Below, piece after piece: positions 51,318 to 64,000 of a DNA stretch of 64,000 nt (the first letter of the stretch is position 1; every line of letters begins with the position of its first letter). The position numbers and the translations under genes were made by a program. The DNA lies in the NCBI GenBank assembly GCA_050575255.1, contig JBNZDD010013633.1, positions 626,792 through 690,791 on the forward strand, given 5' to 3'. The notes under the pieces were generated by a model. That model was given only the letters and a program-made list of their open reading frames with translations. It was not told where the DNA came from and ran no database searches. This DNA comes from Harriotta raleighana. Its lineage: Eukaryota.

Positions 51318-52231
51318 GTAAAGCTTTTTTTCTGAGATTAAGTAATTCAGTTGCTTGAATGTTTTATTTATGAAGTAAACCATTTACTTTATGAGGTGTA
51401 CAAACACACAACTTGATTAAAAAAAACTATCAGCCATTCAAAAACTTGCAGTGTTTAGTGTTTGGAAAAATTCTACAACACTGCTCACATTCTTCAAAAA
51501 GAGATAAATTGTAGTTCCTCGTATCTGTACATACAATATTTAGGTTAAGCTCTTAGGTGCAAGAGTACAGAACATTAAGTACAGTACTGTACATCCATTA
51601 CTTTAACTCAAGGCATTGTTCAAAGCTTCACTCTTTATACAATAACAGGCATTTAAGGTATTTTGTTACTGCATTAAGTATTACAATAAACTCAATTGTA
51701 GTTTTCTATATGTGGACTAATTGCATACAATTCAAATATAAAAAGGGACCTGACTCGACATAAGATTTTGATCTCTACTCGAAAGATTATCCTTATCCCA
51801 CCATACAAGTTGTAGAGGGATGGATACACAATGCCTGCAACCTTAACACTAGGTTATAAAAGCACACTTGGCGATAAACAGTTTATCAAGTCTATACACA
51901 ATACAATACTATTTTACATTTCTATTGCACCTTTCACATTGGGAGAACGTCCCAAGTTGCTTGACAGTCCTGGATTGGCACTTGAACTGACAGTGGGAGC
52001 CAAGAGGAGTAGAGAGGGCAAAGATTCCAGATCATAGAAAAAAAGTAAAACTGGGTCAAACAATTTAAGAGCAAACTGTAAAATATTGAAACATTGCACT
52101 GATCTATCTATGATCATTGCAAAATCCCAACTAGGATTGAAAATTGTATTCATGTGCAACATTCAGTAGAAACCAAATAAAAGGAACCCAAATATTTATT
52201 TGTTAGCTAAATATTTTGTTTTTTTTAATAG

Positions 52232-52312
52232 CTTTATTTCACTTCTTTTACTGCAAGAGAGCGAACTTATCTCAATATCTTCCGAATGTGGCAAAATGCA
52301 CTGCTTGACAAG
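52232..52312 (+). CDS. GRAMD1C: GRAMD1C coding exon 6
   Basis: LYFTSFTARERTYLNIFRMWQNALLDK. Confidence 0.95.
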
Positions 52313-53392
52313 GTAGGAATTGGGGTGTCAAACAAAATTCTCAAAATTCATGGTGGCAATGATCCATAATATTATTTAAAAGCCACATATGGCAAGGACA
52401 TAGCCCATTACATGTTTCGATAGCAGAACTACAGTACCTTATAGCTATTTATAATTTTAATATGGTAGTTTTAAAAATAAACTGACCCAGCAGTTATTTC
52501 TGATTGCTCCAGGATCCATTTATATCATGTTTTAATATGATACCCTGTATGTTGTGTATGTGTTTCAAGTGTATAAGAAGTGAAATAACATGGAGCAGAA
52601 TTACTAAATTGTTATCCCCATGGAAAACTAAAATGTTGTGTGTCATTCCTCTAATTTCCAATTGTGTTCAATTCATTTTCTCCCGTTTTGAACACCAGTC
52701 CTTGGATTCATTTCTCAAACTTTTTGTTCTGATTTGTTCAGTCAGTGAAGCCCTCTTTTGCATTCCCTGGCTGTGTGGAGAAGTATTTAATGGATATCAA
52801 GGCAATTTGTGGAAATAAATGTCATGTTATGAAGCATTACATTCACTTGTAGATTTGAGTTTCATTTGTTTCAATACTATCAGAAACACAAAGGAATATT
52901 TTTGTTATGATTTTTCTTATTTGCTTTTTAACATTTTGGTTGCAAGCCACCATAGGTATAACATAACAAAACAATTGATAAGAACTTATATTATTATTTT
53001 ACTTTAATTGCATTTAAATGTCAGGCTCTTAACAAGAGAACATTTTTAGCAACAGTGTAGAGAAATTCAATAGGTCTGTGAGACCATAAGTTTGCTGCCA
53101 ACAGGATACACCTACCAAAAGAACAACTTGCGTTTATATAGCATGTTTCACGCAAGTTGAGGTCTCGAAGTTCTAACAGCTACCCGTCGAGCTGGGGAGG
53201 GGACCGTAGGCACGGTCAAAGAGGAAAGACTTAGGTACATTCGGAAGAGGGGCAAGGAAGAGCAAGGTAGATGGATTGAGGCAGAAAGTTTCAGAGATTA
53301 GGGCTGTAATGCCTGAAAGCATAGCTACTGATAGTGGAGCAAATGAGACAAGGGACATGTATAAGAAAATGGCATAACAAGCAATGGTATAA

Positions 53393-53805
53393 ACAACAAC
53401 AAAATTACATTTGTATAGTGCCTTTCACGTCAGGTGGACGTTCCAAGGCGCTGGACAGTTACTGCTTCAGATCCGAGCTGAGAAAGGGGGGAGGGAAGTG
53501 GGGGATAAGGAGTTGCCAATAGGTCCATTGAAGAGGAGATGCTTGAGACGAGATTTGAAGGAAACTAGGGAGGGAGTGAGGCGGAGGGCCTGCGGAATGT
53601 CATTACAGAGGTTGGGAGCAGAGTTGCTGAAGGCTCGCCCGCCAATGGTTGGGTGGGTTGGTCGGGGGAAGTGGAGCAGGGCAAAGCCTGCTGAACGGAG
53701 GGGGCAGGCAGGTAGGTAAGTGGATAGATGGTCACTGATGTAGGGTGGGGTGAGATTGTGGAGAGCTTTCAATGTGAGGACCAGGATCTTGAATTGGATC
53801 TTCTT
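53393..53805 (-). mobile_element. L2 LINE 3' fragment
   Basis: KALHNLTPPYISD...GGRAFSNSAP...FKSRLK peptide; shared tail. Confidence 0.8.
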
Positions 53806-56800
53806 TTCAAAGAGCCGGCACAGACTAGATGGGCCGAATGGCCTCCTTTTGTGCCGTAAACTTCTATGAATCTATGATAGGGAGCCAATGGAGTCGGGCA
53901 AGGATGGCCAAGATGGGGGGTCACAGAGTTTGGAATGGTAAAGGACACATGCTGGCAACCACTGAATACATTGGCAAATATGTTGGTAGTGTAGTTATAA
54001 GTTCGTCATTCTTTTCAGTTTACTGATTCTGTTGTAAGCTAAACCCAGCATCAAGAGGTATTTCTCCTTTCTTTTTCTGGTGTGGCCTTGGTTTATTTTA
54101 TTGCTTTATTTTTGTATGCAGCCAATTTAGTATCAGAGATACCTTCTCCTTCCCCCAGAGTAATTTTAGACCCGACACTCATTTTGTTCACCTTGAAAGG
54201 GTGAATAGCTGAGTGAATCCACCAGTGCTCAACTAGTTGAGCTTCTCCAAAATTAAAGAAATCGCCTCTCGCTTTTCGTTTTCTCCCTTCCAAGCAATTC
54301 AAACTGAAGATCTTATAATTCAAAGGAAATATTGTATGCTGATATTGTATGTGGTGATGATATCTGTGTTGGAAGAAAAACTAGGGAAAATGGACTCAAC
54401 TCAGAAGAAAGAAAAGGTGAATAGACCGTTCAAGCTAAATTACTTTACATTGAATGTGGTAAATATAGTACTCTATGTGGAATAGATTTCCAAAGGGATG
54501 GTGAATGCTGACTTTTAGAAAAACTTGAGAGGGAATTAGACAGTTATTGGGCAAATTATTGAATTGAGGTATGTGAGAGATAGAAAACAGTGAAGGATTT
54601 TGGTTAAACTTTGAGACCAGCCAGTTGGTCTTCTGATCATCTACATGCTATCCAGTCTGTAGTTCAGTGTTCTTTGATGTCACTTGGAGTTTCAATACTG
54701 CCACCTTGAGGCAAAGCACCAAGGGAGCAGTACAGAATGACATTTTCTATACAACTGACAGTAGAGCATAAAATCACCTGATTGCTCAGGTCATGAAGTT
54801 CTTAAAGGGGCGTGGAGCCATACCATTTTATTTTCACAAATGTAATATCCTGCTTGTATGTGGAGACTGAATTTCATTGAACATATGAAAATGACCACAA
54901 CTGGTAGGCCACCATATGGTAAGGAATCCAACCAAAGAAAACAGTTTTGTTTGTTGATCAATAAATTAAGCACGGTCTCCTTGAAGCTGACCTAGCTCCA
55001 TGCTGACATGATTGGCAATGGAGTGTGAGAATCAAGCTACTCCTCTGTGGTGGACTCAGTAATTGAGTGCCTGAGCCGGGTGGGTCCACTGTATTTGAGG
55101 GCATTGCTAAGTACAGCCCTACCAGCCTGGCTCATCGGCAGGACTTGAAAAAGGAATCGTAGCTGTACAAGCTTACAGGATAGTACTTTCAATAGCAAAC
55201 TGTGGTTTTAGTTGATTTGACTCTCGCAAACCTGTGTCTAATACACTTTAGAACTAGGTCAGCAAAATGCATCCCTCCAGTCAAGATTCAAATGTCATTT
55301 CGACAAATCATCTGAAATTTCATGAGTAATTGGGATGCGTGGAAATCTGTTTGGTTTGGATACTCTTTGGTATATTGTTGGGGATTCCACATGTGCCGGA
55401 CACCTAGCTGACCAAGTAAAAATATTTATTGTAGATTGTAAATAAAATAGTACCTTATAAAATACTACTGATTAGATTTTTGAATAGAGAAGATCGTATT
55501 CATAAGCACAAAGCCCTGGTTGAGGGCCTGAGTTTACAGATTTCATGAAAGAATACTGTATTTGCACATTTCTAAAAGCGAGCAATGTTGATAGAAATTG
55601 TCTGAAACTTCTCATTTCAAAATGTTTATTTCTCCAAGCAATAACTTTATGTATATTTTGATGGTGTTTGCGTCATTTATAGCTTCTCTTAGTGCAATCT
55701 AAGCAAAAATTAACCTTACAGCTCTTCCTGATAATTGCACAATTTATCTGCACAGAATACATTTCCACATCTAAACAGTTGTTGAAAACAATTTGCTTGA
55801 GAAACTTGAAGGTTGTGAAGAAATGTTCCTTAATAAATTAAATTAGCTATTCTTTCGACTTTGGGTAGTGAGAGTGAGAGGATGAAAGTAAATGGTCTTT
55901 TGGAATTAGCAAAAAATTTGTACAGTTGAGTTGCATAATCTTAAATCCCTTACTGTAATATTCCACCTAAATTTATACTGTTGCCTGGCCCTGGATGTAC
56001 TTGGTATGTTTTATGTACATTTGAGTTTCCGCATTGTTACAGCCCTATAATATTTTCCTATAATGTTATGCAAATTTGGAGTCTGAATTATTTGACAAAG
56101 ATCAAATAATGTCACAGTCAGGCATGCAGTCCTGCCAGAGAAGTACAGAGCATTGATGCAGCATTGAAATGCAGAACTAAGAGTCAGGTGGATAGTCCAA
56201 TAATAGCATGGGATAGGTTGATGGATAGGCAAATGGTTGAATGGGACTTCAGGCTGGTTTGATGGAAGGCAGATGGTCCAACGTTAAGAGATTTTACCTC
56301 CTATAGATTCTGTTAAATTGGGGATTAAATTTTTAAGATAAAATAGTCGAAGAACTGATTTTATTTAAAAAAAATTATTACAGTGAAATTAAAGAAAAAT
56401 ATTGATTTTTTAAAACTTCTTTTCTTATCCTTGAAATTGAAATGTCTTCAGAACAGTCTAGAAGCCTTTGCAAGTGTTTATAAGTGTTTAGAGTACATAT
56501 AATGTTATGGCTTTGTCTGGTCCAATAAAGTATAGCATTGAGCAGATTTGATTGTAATTTATCTAGGTTAAATGCTTATGCTCTTTTAATTCTTTTAATT
56601 CCACCAAAATTCTTTTACTCCTCCACAGTTCTTAGTTTCTCACTATTTATAAAATATTCTGTTTTGCTATTTTGGATATATAGTGGATCTCACACTTCCC
56701 CATATTCAATTCCAACTGCCACAGTTTTTCCCAATCACTTAATCTGTCTATGCCCATTTGTAACTTCCTGCTCCCATCTATGCAATTCACAATGTCTCCT

Positions 56801-56929
56801 AACTTTGTGTCATCTGCTAATTTTTATATAAAACTCTATTCTTTCATCCAAGTTATATATATTTATATACAGTATATGGTGAAAAGCTTGTCACATCTAT
56901 AGACACTCCCTTATCCACCGCCGGCCGCC

Positions 56930-57260
56930 AACACTCTCATACATGCATTCATAACAATCAGGCTTGACTATTTAAATTCCTTGTTTGTTGGCCTCCCCAA
57001 CTCCTCCTTCCACAGGCTACAGGTCATCCAGACCTCTGCAGCCTATGTTTTCTCCCGCATTAGGCTCTGTGACCCTTTCACCCCCATCTTCGCCTGACTC
57101 CACTGGCTTCCCAGCACATAGAGGATACAGTTCAAGATCCTGGTCATTCACCTTCAAAACCATCCATGGCCTTGCTATCCCCTATCTCTGCGACCTCCTA
57201 ACCCCCCAACCTTGCTCCAGCCTGCTTTACGTCCCCACCTCACCCACCCCACCATTGGCA
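56930..57260 (+). mobile_element. L2 LINE fragment
   Basis: LIHAFITIRLDY and FKTIHGLAIPYLCDLL peptides. Confidence 0.7.
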
Positions 57261-57464
57261 TATGAAAAGGACGTGGGTGGGCCTGATTGGCAATAAATTG
57301 GAGCTCTCCCAAAAATGCTCTGTGGCAGTTATTAAAGCAAGCCAGATGTTATTATGTTATTATCTCACCTCTAAGAGCTGAGATAATAATAAAGATCAAC
57401 AACTAGCTGAAATAATGCCATTGTATAAATCCTGCCATTGTATAGATCATTTCTTACTGTATAC

Positions 57465-57965
57465 AGTTCTAGTTGCCGCAGTACAAAGGGGAATTGGAGT
57501 CATCGAGAAGATTTAGAGGAGGATAGCCCAAATGACTGAAGGAATAGAGGGAATGGACTATAAGGAGTGACTAATTAAATTGGACGTATTCATGCTAGAG
57601 AAGAATGAAAGGCGACACGATTGCTGTCTTTAAGATCCTAAAGGGGGCTAGACAATATAGATCATGACAGGCTGTTTCAACTTGTCCAGAATGATAAAAA
57701 CAGAGCATACCGCCTGCAACTGAATTCATAACAAATCTACGCAAACACTATTTCAGGGAGCGAATAGTGAACCTGTGGAACAGGTTCCCTAGGTTGAAGC
57801 AGGAAGTGTTGAGTGTTTCAAACAGAGATATTCTTTTAAGAAATAATATTAGGGGACATAGTACATAGATGGTTCGGGACATGTGTGCTTGCGACCACCA
57901 GGAAGGTGGAAGGCAAACTAGATAGACCGTGGTCTTTTGTAGATAGTATTTTTAATGTTCTTATG
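57465..57965 (+). mobile_element. Degraded CR1 LINE 3' fragment
   Basis: CR1-like C-terminal remnants (...IVNLWNRFP...) ending in GTTCTTATG. Confidence 0.6.
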
Positions 57966-58022
57966 CTTTTATGTCTAGGGCCGGAATGTTGAAGCTTTTT
58001 GTACCACCTCTAAGAGCTGAGA

Positions 58023-58390
58023 TAATAATAAGAAGAATCTTTGCATTTGATATAGCATTTTATCACATCTTCCAGACGTCTCAAAGAGTTTTATAGAATA
58101 TACTGTAAATTGAATTGACTGTATATTTGTGGGAGAAACGTGGCAGCCAATTGCGCACTGCATTGTCCCACAAAATTTGTGGATTGAGTGACTAAATAAT
58201 ATATATTTTTAAGAGATTATTACTTCCAAAAAGCTATCTGTGAATTGACTAACAACCGGGTTCCTACTTACTGCTAGGTAAACAGAGACGTGTGGAGTAA
58301 CAAAATTTACCCAATATTTCGACTTGATGGAAACTGAACTCGTGAGGCGAGTGCTCTAACCACAAAAATTACAAAATTGCAGAACTCCAC
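58023..58390 (-). mobile_element. tRNA/CORE-type SINE
   Basis: Shared tail, core-like block and tRNA head. Further copies at ~48243-48490 (+) and ~59600-59900 (+). Confidence 0.7.
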
Positions 58391-61082
58391 AGATTATCTG
58401 AGTCAACACATAACCAAGGATCAAATGACATTGGACCTGTATTGCTAAATTTACACTTGGCTTTTACAAACTGTGCTAACTATGTATGTGTGTGTATATA
58501 TACTGTATATATTACAGCTGCTTTCTGCTGGACAATGAATCTTTAGTACATTTAATGCCAAACGTACATTGACTACAGAATAAATATTTGTGCTAATTTG
58601 TGATTGTTGCTTCTACAATAAACAGAATTTTTAGTTTAGCATTTAAAAAGATGAATTAAAAAGAATAGCTTTTCTTAGCAAATTTTCACAGCAGCAGTAT
58701 ATAAGATAGCACCATGCCAGAAATATACAGCAGACATAACATATAATGATATGATGCTGTAGTCACAGAATACAATGTGTTAACAATGCTGTTCAGTACA
58801 TACTGTACGCCACGTTCGGACAACAACAGTAGGCCCTATTGGAAACTAAAAACAACAGCCTCATGCTAACCTCATCCACCCCCATGTCTTTGACACACCT
58901 GTAATTAACAATCTTAACAGGAAGCTATAGCACAGTAACCTTTGAACTAGAAAACCTCCCACTCCAACCTTTAGCACTTGGAATAGCTTCCAAGTTAAAC
59001 AGACTCCTGCCAGCTGTAAATTTGTCACAATATGTTTTTTTGGGGAGGACCTTGGATAGACACAGGTAATATTTATCAAATTAAACTGAAGAGAGTTGAA
59101 AACGTTTAAAAATGAAATGAACTTTAACATAATATGATTGTTTTGATTTTTATTCACAGTATTTAAGATTGTTTACATTGAAAACTGTTATCCCAGATAA
59201 TCATAGAAAACATGAAAGAATCTGATCTGTTCAAACATTACTTTATTTTTATTTTTTATTATAGTGTAGGTGGTGATCTGATGTTAGTATTTAAAGTACG
59301 TAAATGTGAAGAGATGAAATTTTGAGATAATCTACGTAAAGTTACCATTGTGTCAGTGTTTAAATAGAAATCTGGATCATTTGTTCAATGGAGGATATTC
59401 AGCTGGATATGGATGGAGGATATTGTGTCAATACGTTTTCAAAGAAAGGTTGAATGGAACACAGAGCTTTTAAAGTTTAGAATATTTAAATGAAAATATA
59501 CTTAGAAGATCCTGTTTTTATAATTCCCCTCCCTGTTGAATGTGCTTCTTTCACTGAGCTATAATTTCATTGATACTGTACTATCTAGTATACCTTGTGT
59601 GCTAACCATTATCCTGCAGAGTCCCCTGCAAGAGAGAGGACTTGATTCCCGGTGAGGTGAAATCTTAGGCAAGTTTCACATGCCTCTGGTTACCTAGCAG
59701 TAAGTAGGAGCCTGGTTATTAATCAATTTCCATCTTGCATTCCTGGGGTAATAATCCCTCAAAAATAATTTGGGCGCTTAATGTATGCATTTGCCCACAA
59801 AATACACAGACAATCCACTTTAGAGTATATTCTGTGAAGCGCTTTGAGATGTCTCAATGATGTGATAAGGTACTATATCACATTCAAGGATTATTATTAT
59901 AGTAATGTGCCCAAATTCACATGAGTCAGATGGAAAGTATCAATAAGTAATTTGATTAAGAAGGTCAACACAACCGAGCCCATTCCTGTCTGGAGTCGCA
60001 TATAGGTTTTAGTGAAATTATGACCAACAATGTAGATTCAGGCTTTTTTTTATATTTTCTTAAGGGACTGAATCAGTTGAATGAAATGGTAGGGAGTTTT
60101 CTGAAGTGTGCTAACTGTCTTGCTGCTTCTATATACAGTTATAGCAGGTTTTAAAGATGATTGTATTATGAATTATTTTAGTATACAAATTTGTTGTGGT
60201 GTGTCTGGTGCAATATTCACCATTTAATCATCAATATTTTACTTCCAAACAATTTAGTTTCGGTTTTGAGTATTGCAGTTGATTCAATTCATGGATTTCA
60301 GTGTCTTAAAGTGGTGCTTCAGATAGTCACTATACCTTCCTGATCAAACAGCAAGTGTATCACATCCATTGGAGACTTGCTGTTTGATTAATAAGGAGCA
60401 GGCTAGCTTTCATTCTCTTGAGGAATATGTGGTACAGGTTGTAGCTCTATTGACTTGCAGAATGTTATAACGCTAAGGTGCACTTACGTTACATTCATTG
60501 ACTTTCGCAAGACTTTTGATGTGTGATACTAGCTTTGCAGGGCAGGCTCAAGGGGCCGAATGGCCTGCTCCTTTTCCTTTTCTTATGTTCTATTGCCTCA
60601 TGAGGCCCTCATAATGAAACACAAGAGTGGATTCTATCTGCAAAGTGTATTCCAGCTGCAAGATCCACGTTGGAGGTTGACATTGAACTCACTGGACCCA
60701 CATTTACAGATTATGGTTAATATCATAGTAATAAAATTGACCTGATCCTATTTGTTAGCTGGAAATGTACAGCATGGGTTGGTACACAAGAGAGTTCAGT
60801 CCCATTAATACCCTTGCAAGATACTCCAAATCTGCACCTAGTTAGTATCCAAGCTCACTATTGATCAATATTATAGGTTCCTGGACACTACACTGCAGGA
60901 ATCCCTTGATAGTTTCAGGGTTTAATTCCAGAATATGTATCTATGCGGGCATTTGCTCAGTATCACACAATTACATCTTCCACATCAAAAAAAAAGTCAT
61001 AACTTCTTCTATATGTTTTGTAATACTGAGAAGTTAGTTGAATTGAATTTGGTAACTAAATGTTTTTTTTCTCCGTTTCCAG

Positions 61083-61201
61083 CATTTGAGTAAAAAGGAG
61101 CTTCTGGGAATGGTACAGCAGAACTACGGCACAGATTTGGGATTAAACAAAAATGAAATGGACAGCCTACAATTGTCTAGTGATGACGTCCAGCTCATAG
61201 G
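61083..61201 (+). CDS. GRAMD1C: GRAMD1C coding exon 7
   Basis: HLSKKELLGMVQQNYGTDLGLNKNEMDSLQLSSDDVQLI. Confidence 0.92.
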
Positions 61202-62105
61202 GTAAGGAACTTCAGGATTGTAAACAGCTTGCTTAAATAATGGAATTGAAAGTATGACTTTCCTATCCTGACATTGAGGCCATTGATTTGGTCAGACCTT
61301 TAGTCAGATTTTTTTCTTGATCATGAAGATATCTCTGGCCCAAATTTGTTTGTGATGAATGCAAACTGTTTTGTTATGGGCACATTTCAGGCTCTGTCAA
61401 AGGGATGAAAAGCAATACCTTGGTTACAAGGTCCTTTATCTTCCTTCAGGGTTGCGTTTTTATTAAGTGAATTTAGTAGAAAATTAGATGATTTCAGATG
61501 CAATTTAGACATTGCAATTTGTAGTGTGACTTCAGCATCCTGGGACATCTTTCTGATGTGAAGGGCACTATGCATGTGTAAGTTGTTGTTGCTGCTGTAG
61601 TGCAATTGCCACATTTTAATTTGTAGTTTCATTATATCTCTCCCATTCTTAAAATAAATAGCAGTTAAATTCCTGTCTATCCTGTTTTTAATAAATCCCT
61701 GTCTCATTTGCAAAATTTTAATGATGGAGTAGACATTTTTTAATAAAACATGATTAAATTGATCTTTGTGAAGATAAGAATTTTATAGTGCTTATAACAT
61801 TTGTTTTGTTGGGCTCTCTGCTATAGAGTGGACTTTATAGAGTTTTACAAAAATTTAAATTGGATTTCAGATACCATAAACTCAGAACAATTCTTTCAGG
61901 GGCACCAAGAGAGCAGCAACAAAAACATACATTTATATATAGTGCCTTTCTCTTTGGGAGTCATCACAAAGTGTTGGACAGTGAAGGATTTGTCCTCAAG
62001 CTATGGTATGAAATTAATGGAGGTGGAGGGCAAAGAAAATGGAGGTGGAAGATCACTGAAGGTATGGTCAAAGAAGAAGGACTTGAACACATGTCCAGGA
62101 TTCTA

Positions 62106-62660
62106 AATCAATCAATCAAAATTTTATTTATATAGCGCCTTTCACGTCGGGAGGACGTCCCAAGGCTCTGTACAATCAAGTAGGCGGGGAGGGCTCAGGG
62201 AAAGGAATAGGAAAAATTGACTGTATATTTGTGGGAGAAACGCGGCAGCCAAATTGCGCACAGTAGTGTCCCACAAACACACACAGAAATGGGGGAAAAA
62301 GGAGGGGAAAAAATGGCAATGGGGGAGAGATGGAGGGAAAAGCGGGGTGGGGTAAAATCAGGGAAGAAAAAGGAGAGAGAAAGGGAGACAAGGGGGAAAT
62401 CAGGGAGGGCAAAGAGGGAGAAACGTTGGCAAGGGGGAAGAGGGAAGGAAGGGTGGATAGGAGGCAAAACCAGGGAGAAAGGAGGGTAAGGGGGAAGAGG
62501 GAGGAAAGGGAGAGAGGGAAGGAGAAGAATAAGGAGGGGGAAAAGTCAGGGGGCAGGGGGGTTTAAACAACAACAAACAACCAACAATAATAAACAAAAA
62601 AGTAAACAACAATCAACAATAATAAACAAAAACAACAATAGAAAAAACAACAACAATTAA
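62106..62660 (-). repeat. (GATT)n-tailed SINE-related element with long purine/pyrimidine tract
   Basis: Reverse complement is closely similar to 44640-44867, followed by GA-rich and (CAA)-rich low-complexity sequence. Confidence 0.75.
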
Positions 62661-63059
62661 TAACTGTCCAGCCACCGCTCCCTGTCTTTGCCGCCCGCCC
62701 GGACCATCTCCAAAAAGGATATATAAATAGCAAGTCAGGACAGATCCAGGAAGTATTGAATGTCTTTAGAGGGTAATTCATGACTGGAGTTGTCATTCAC
62801 TGGAATGGTGGTTGAAGTTACTCCACTTGATGCCGTGAATGATGGATGGTAGGGTAAATTTTCTGGAATCTAATCTAGCGTTAATAATTTGTTTCATTGT
62901 CTGTTTAGTCTCTGATAATTGCACTTTCTTTCAAGCATAACCCTGACATTCTTCTCACATATAAAACTGAAGTGGAAAATCTTGGCTTCTGTTTGGATTG
63001 GGGATGCCAACCAACGTTACACCTATTACTGGGTTAAAAAAAACTATTGTTTTGTTTAG

Positions 63060-63231
63060 GAGCTCAGAAAAAAACACCAATGATGAATATAATGATAAAG
63101 GAGATCACTCAAACAAATCCAGAATGTTTTGCACTGAAGCAGCAACTTGTGATTCAAGTACAGCACTGCCAACAGGAGATACTTCATTTGTCATCCCTTC
63201 AATTGTGATCCACGATGATGAATCAGGAATG
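63060..63231 (+). CDS. GRAMD1C: GRAMD1C coding exon 8 (gene continues beyond the window)
   Basis: Acceptor TTGTTTTGTTTAG, phase 2 matches exon 7, open frame SSEKNTNDEY...DDESGM, donor GTAAGA. Poorly conserved linker. Confidence 0.75.
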
Positions 63232-63880
63232 GTAAGAATATCCCATTCAGATTTCTAATTTTAGAAACACCATTATGTAGCATCAGAATTGATACCAACA
63301 TGTAGTGACACTCAGTAGTTACCCAGATTAGTATTCATTTGTAGGTAAAGGATTGTGTGACAAGCACAATATCAATCAGATGACCAGTTCCTAGATTAAT
63401 GGGAACGAGTTAAACATGAACAACAACAACAACAACAAAATTGCACTTGTATAGCGCCTTTCATATTAGAAGGATGTCCCAAGGCGTTGGCCAGTCATTG
63501 TTTCAGATCCGAGCTGGGGCCGGGGAGGGGGAGGGTGGAGGCAAAGGTGGGGATTTGGATTTTGGAAGATTGATGGGACCGTCGAAAAGGAGGGTCTAAT
63601 TTGATCAGATCAAGTCACACTAACATAGCATGTTTCATTCATAAATGCCTCCTATGCGCACTACAGCAAGAATGATTAGTTTTAATGTCAGTGATCACTT
63701 GTGATACAGAAGTATAGTCTCTTGTAGGACCACTGAATTGATGGCAATATGTGTACATATGAGACAAAATTTTGTTTCAAAGCATTGGGACAATTTTACT
63801 TCATCAAATGATCTGCCAGCATTGATTTCCGCTAATTGTCAGTTGGACTGTGCAGCATGAATTTCTTAAATGTAGATGTG

Positions 63881-64000
63881 CAGTGAAACCTTGTTTATCC
63901 GTGACTCAATGAACCGGAAAATGCGTTCAACCGCTATCTCCAAAAAAAAATCCCCATTCGATGAAGTTATCCAGCAGAATAGTAAAGACACATATAATGA
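63881..64000. mobile_element. Left end of Tigger-like MITE
   Basis: CAGTGAAACCTTGTTTATCCGTGACTCAATGAACCGG, same family as 13768 and 28760. Confidence 0.65.

Overview
Repeat-rich vertebrate genomic DNA. The repeat families (tRNA-Ala/CORE SINEs with L2-type tails, Deu-domain SINEs, CR1 and L2 LINEs, a Penelope-type palindrome) suggest a cartilaginous fish, probably a chimaera; this is an inference. The window carries the conserved gene order NAA50 (-) / ATP6V1A (+) / GRAMD1C (+). It contains the 8-nt first coding exon of NAA50, a complete ATP6V1A gene (14 coding exons, 1854 nt = 617 aa + stop) and the first 8 coding exons of GRAMD1C. Between ATP6V1A and GRAMD1C, on the minus strand, sits an unexpected immunoglobulin-superfamily gene: signal peptide, glycosylated stalk, germline-joined VJ-type V domain, transmembrane exon and short tail. 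It is the most novel element here, and its V-to-TM splice donor appears defective. Other notable signals: a U12-type intron in ATP6V1A, a GC-AG intron with a competing GT donor in GRAMD1C, a perfect CLEAR palindrome and a CRE in the NAA50/ATP6V1A bidirectional CpG island, a palindrome with two degenerate minimal hammerhead-like motifs, a 40-bp foldback hairpin, and a Tigger-like MITE in the ATP6V1A 3' UTR. Most ORFs in the supplied track are repeat-derived or spurious. Repeat boundaries are approximate; exon boundaries were read by hand.
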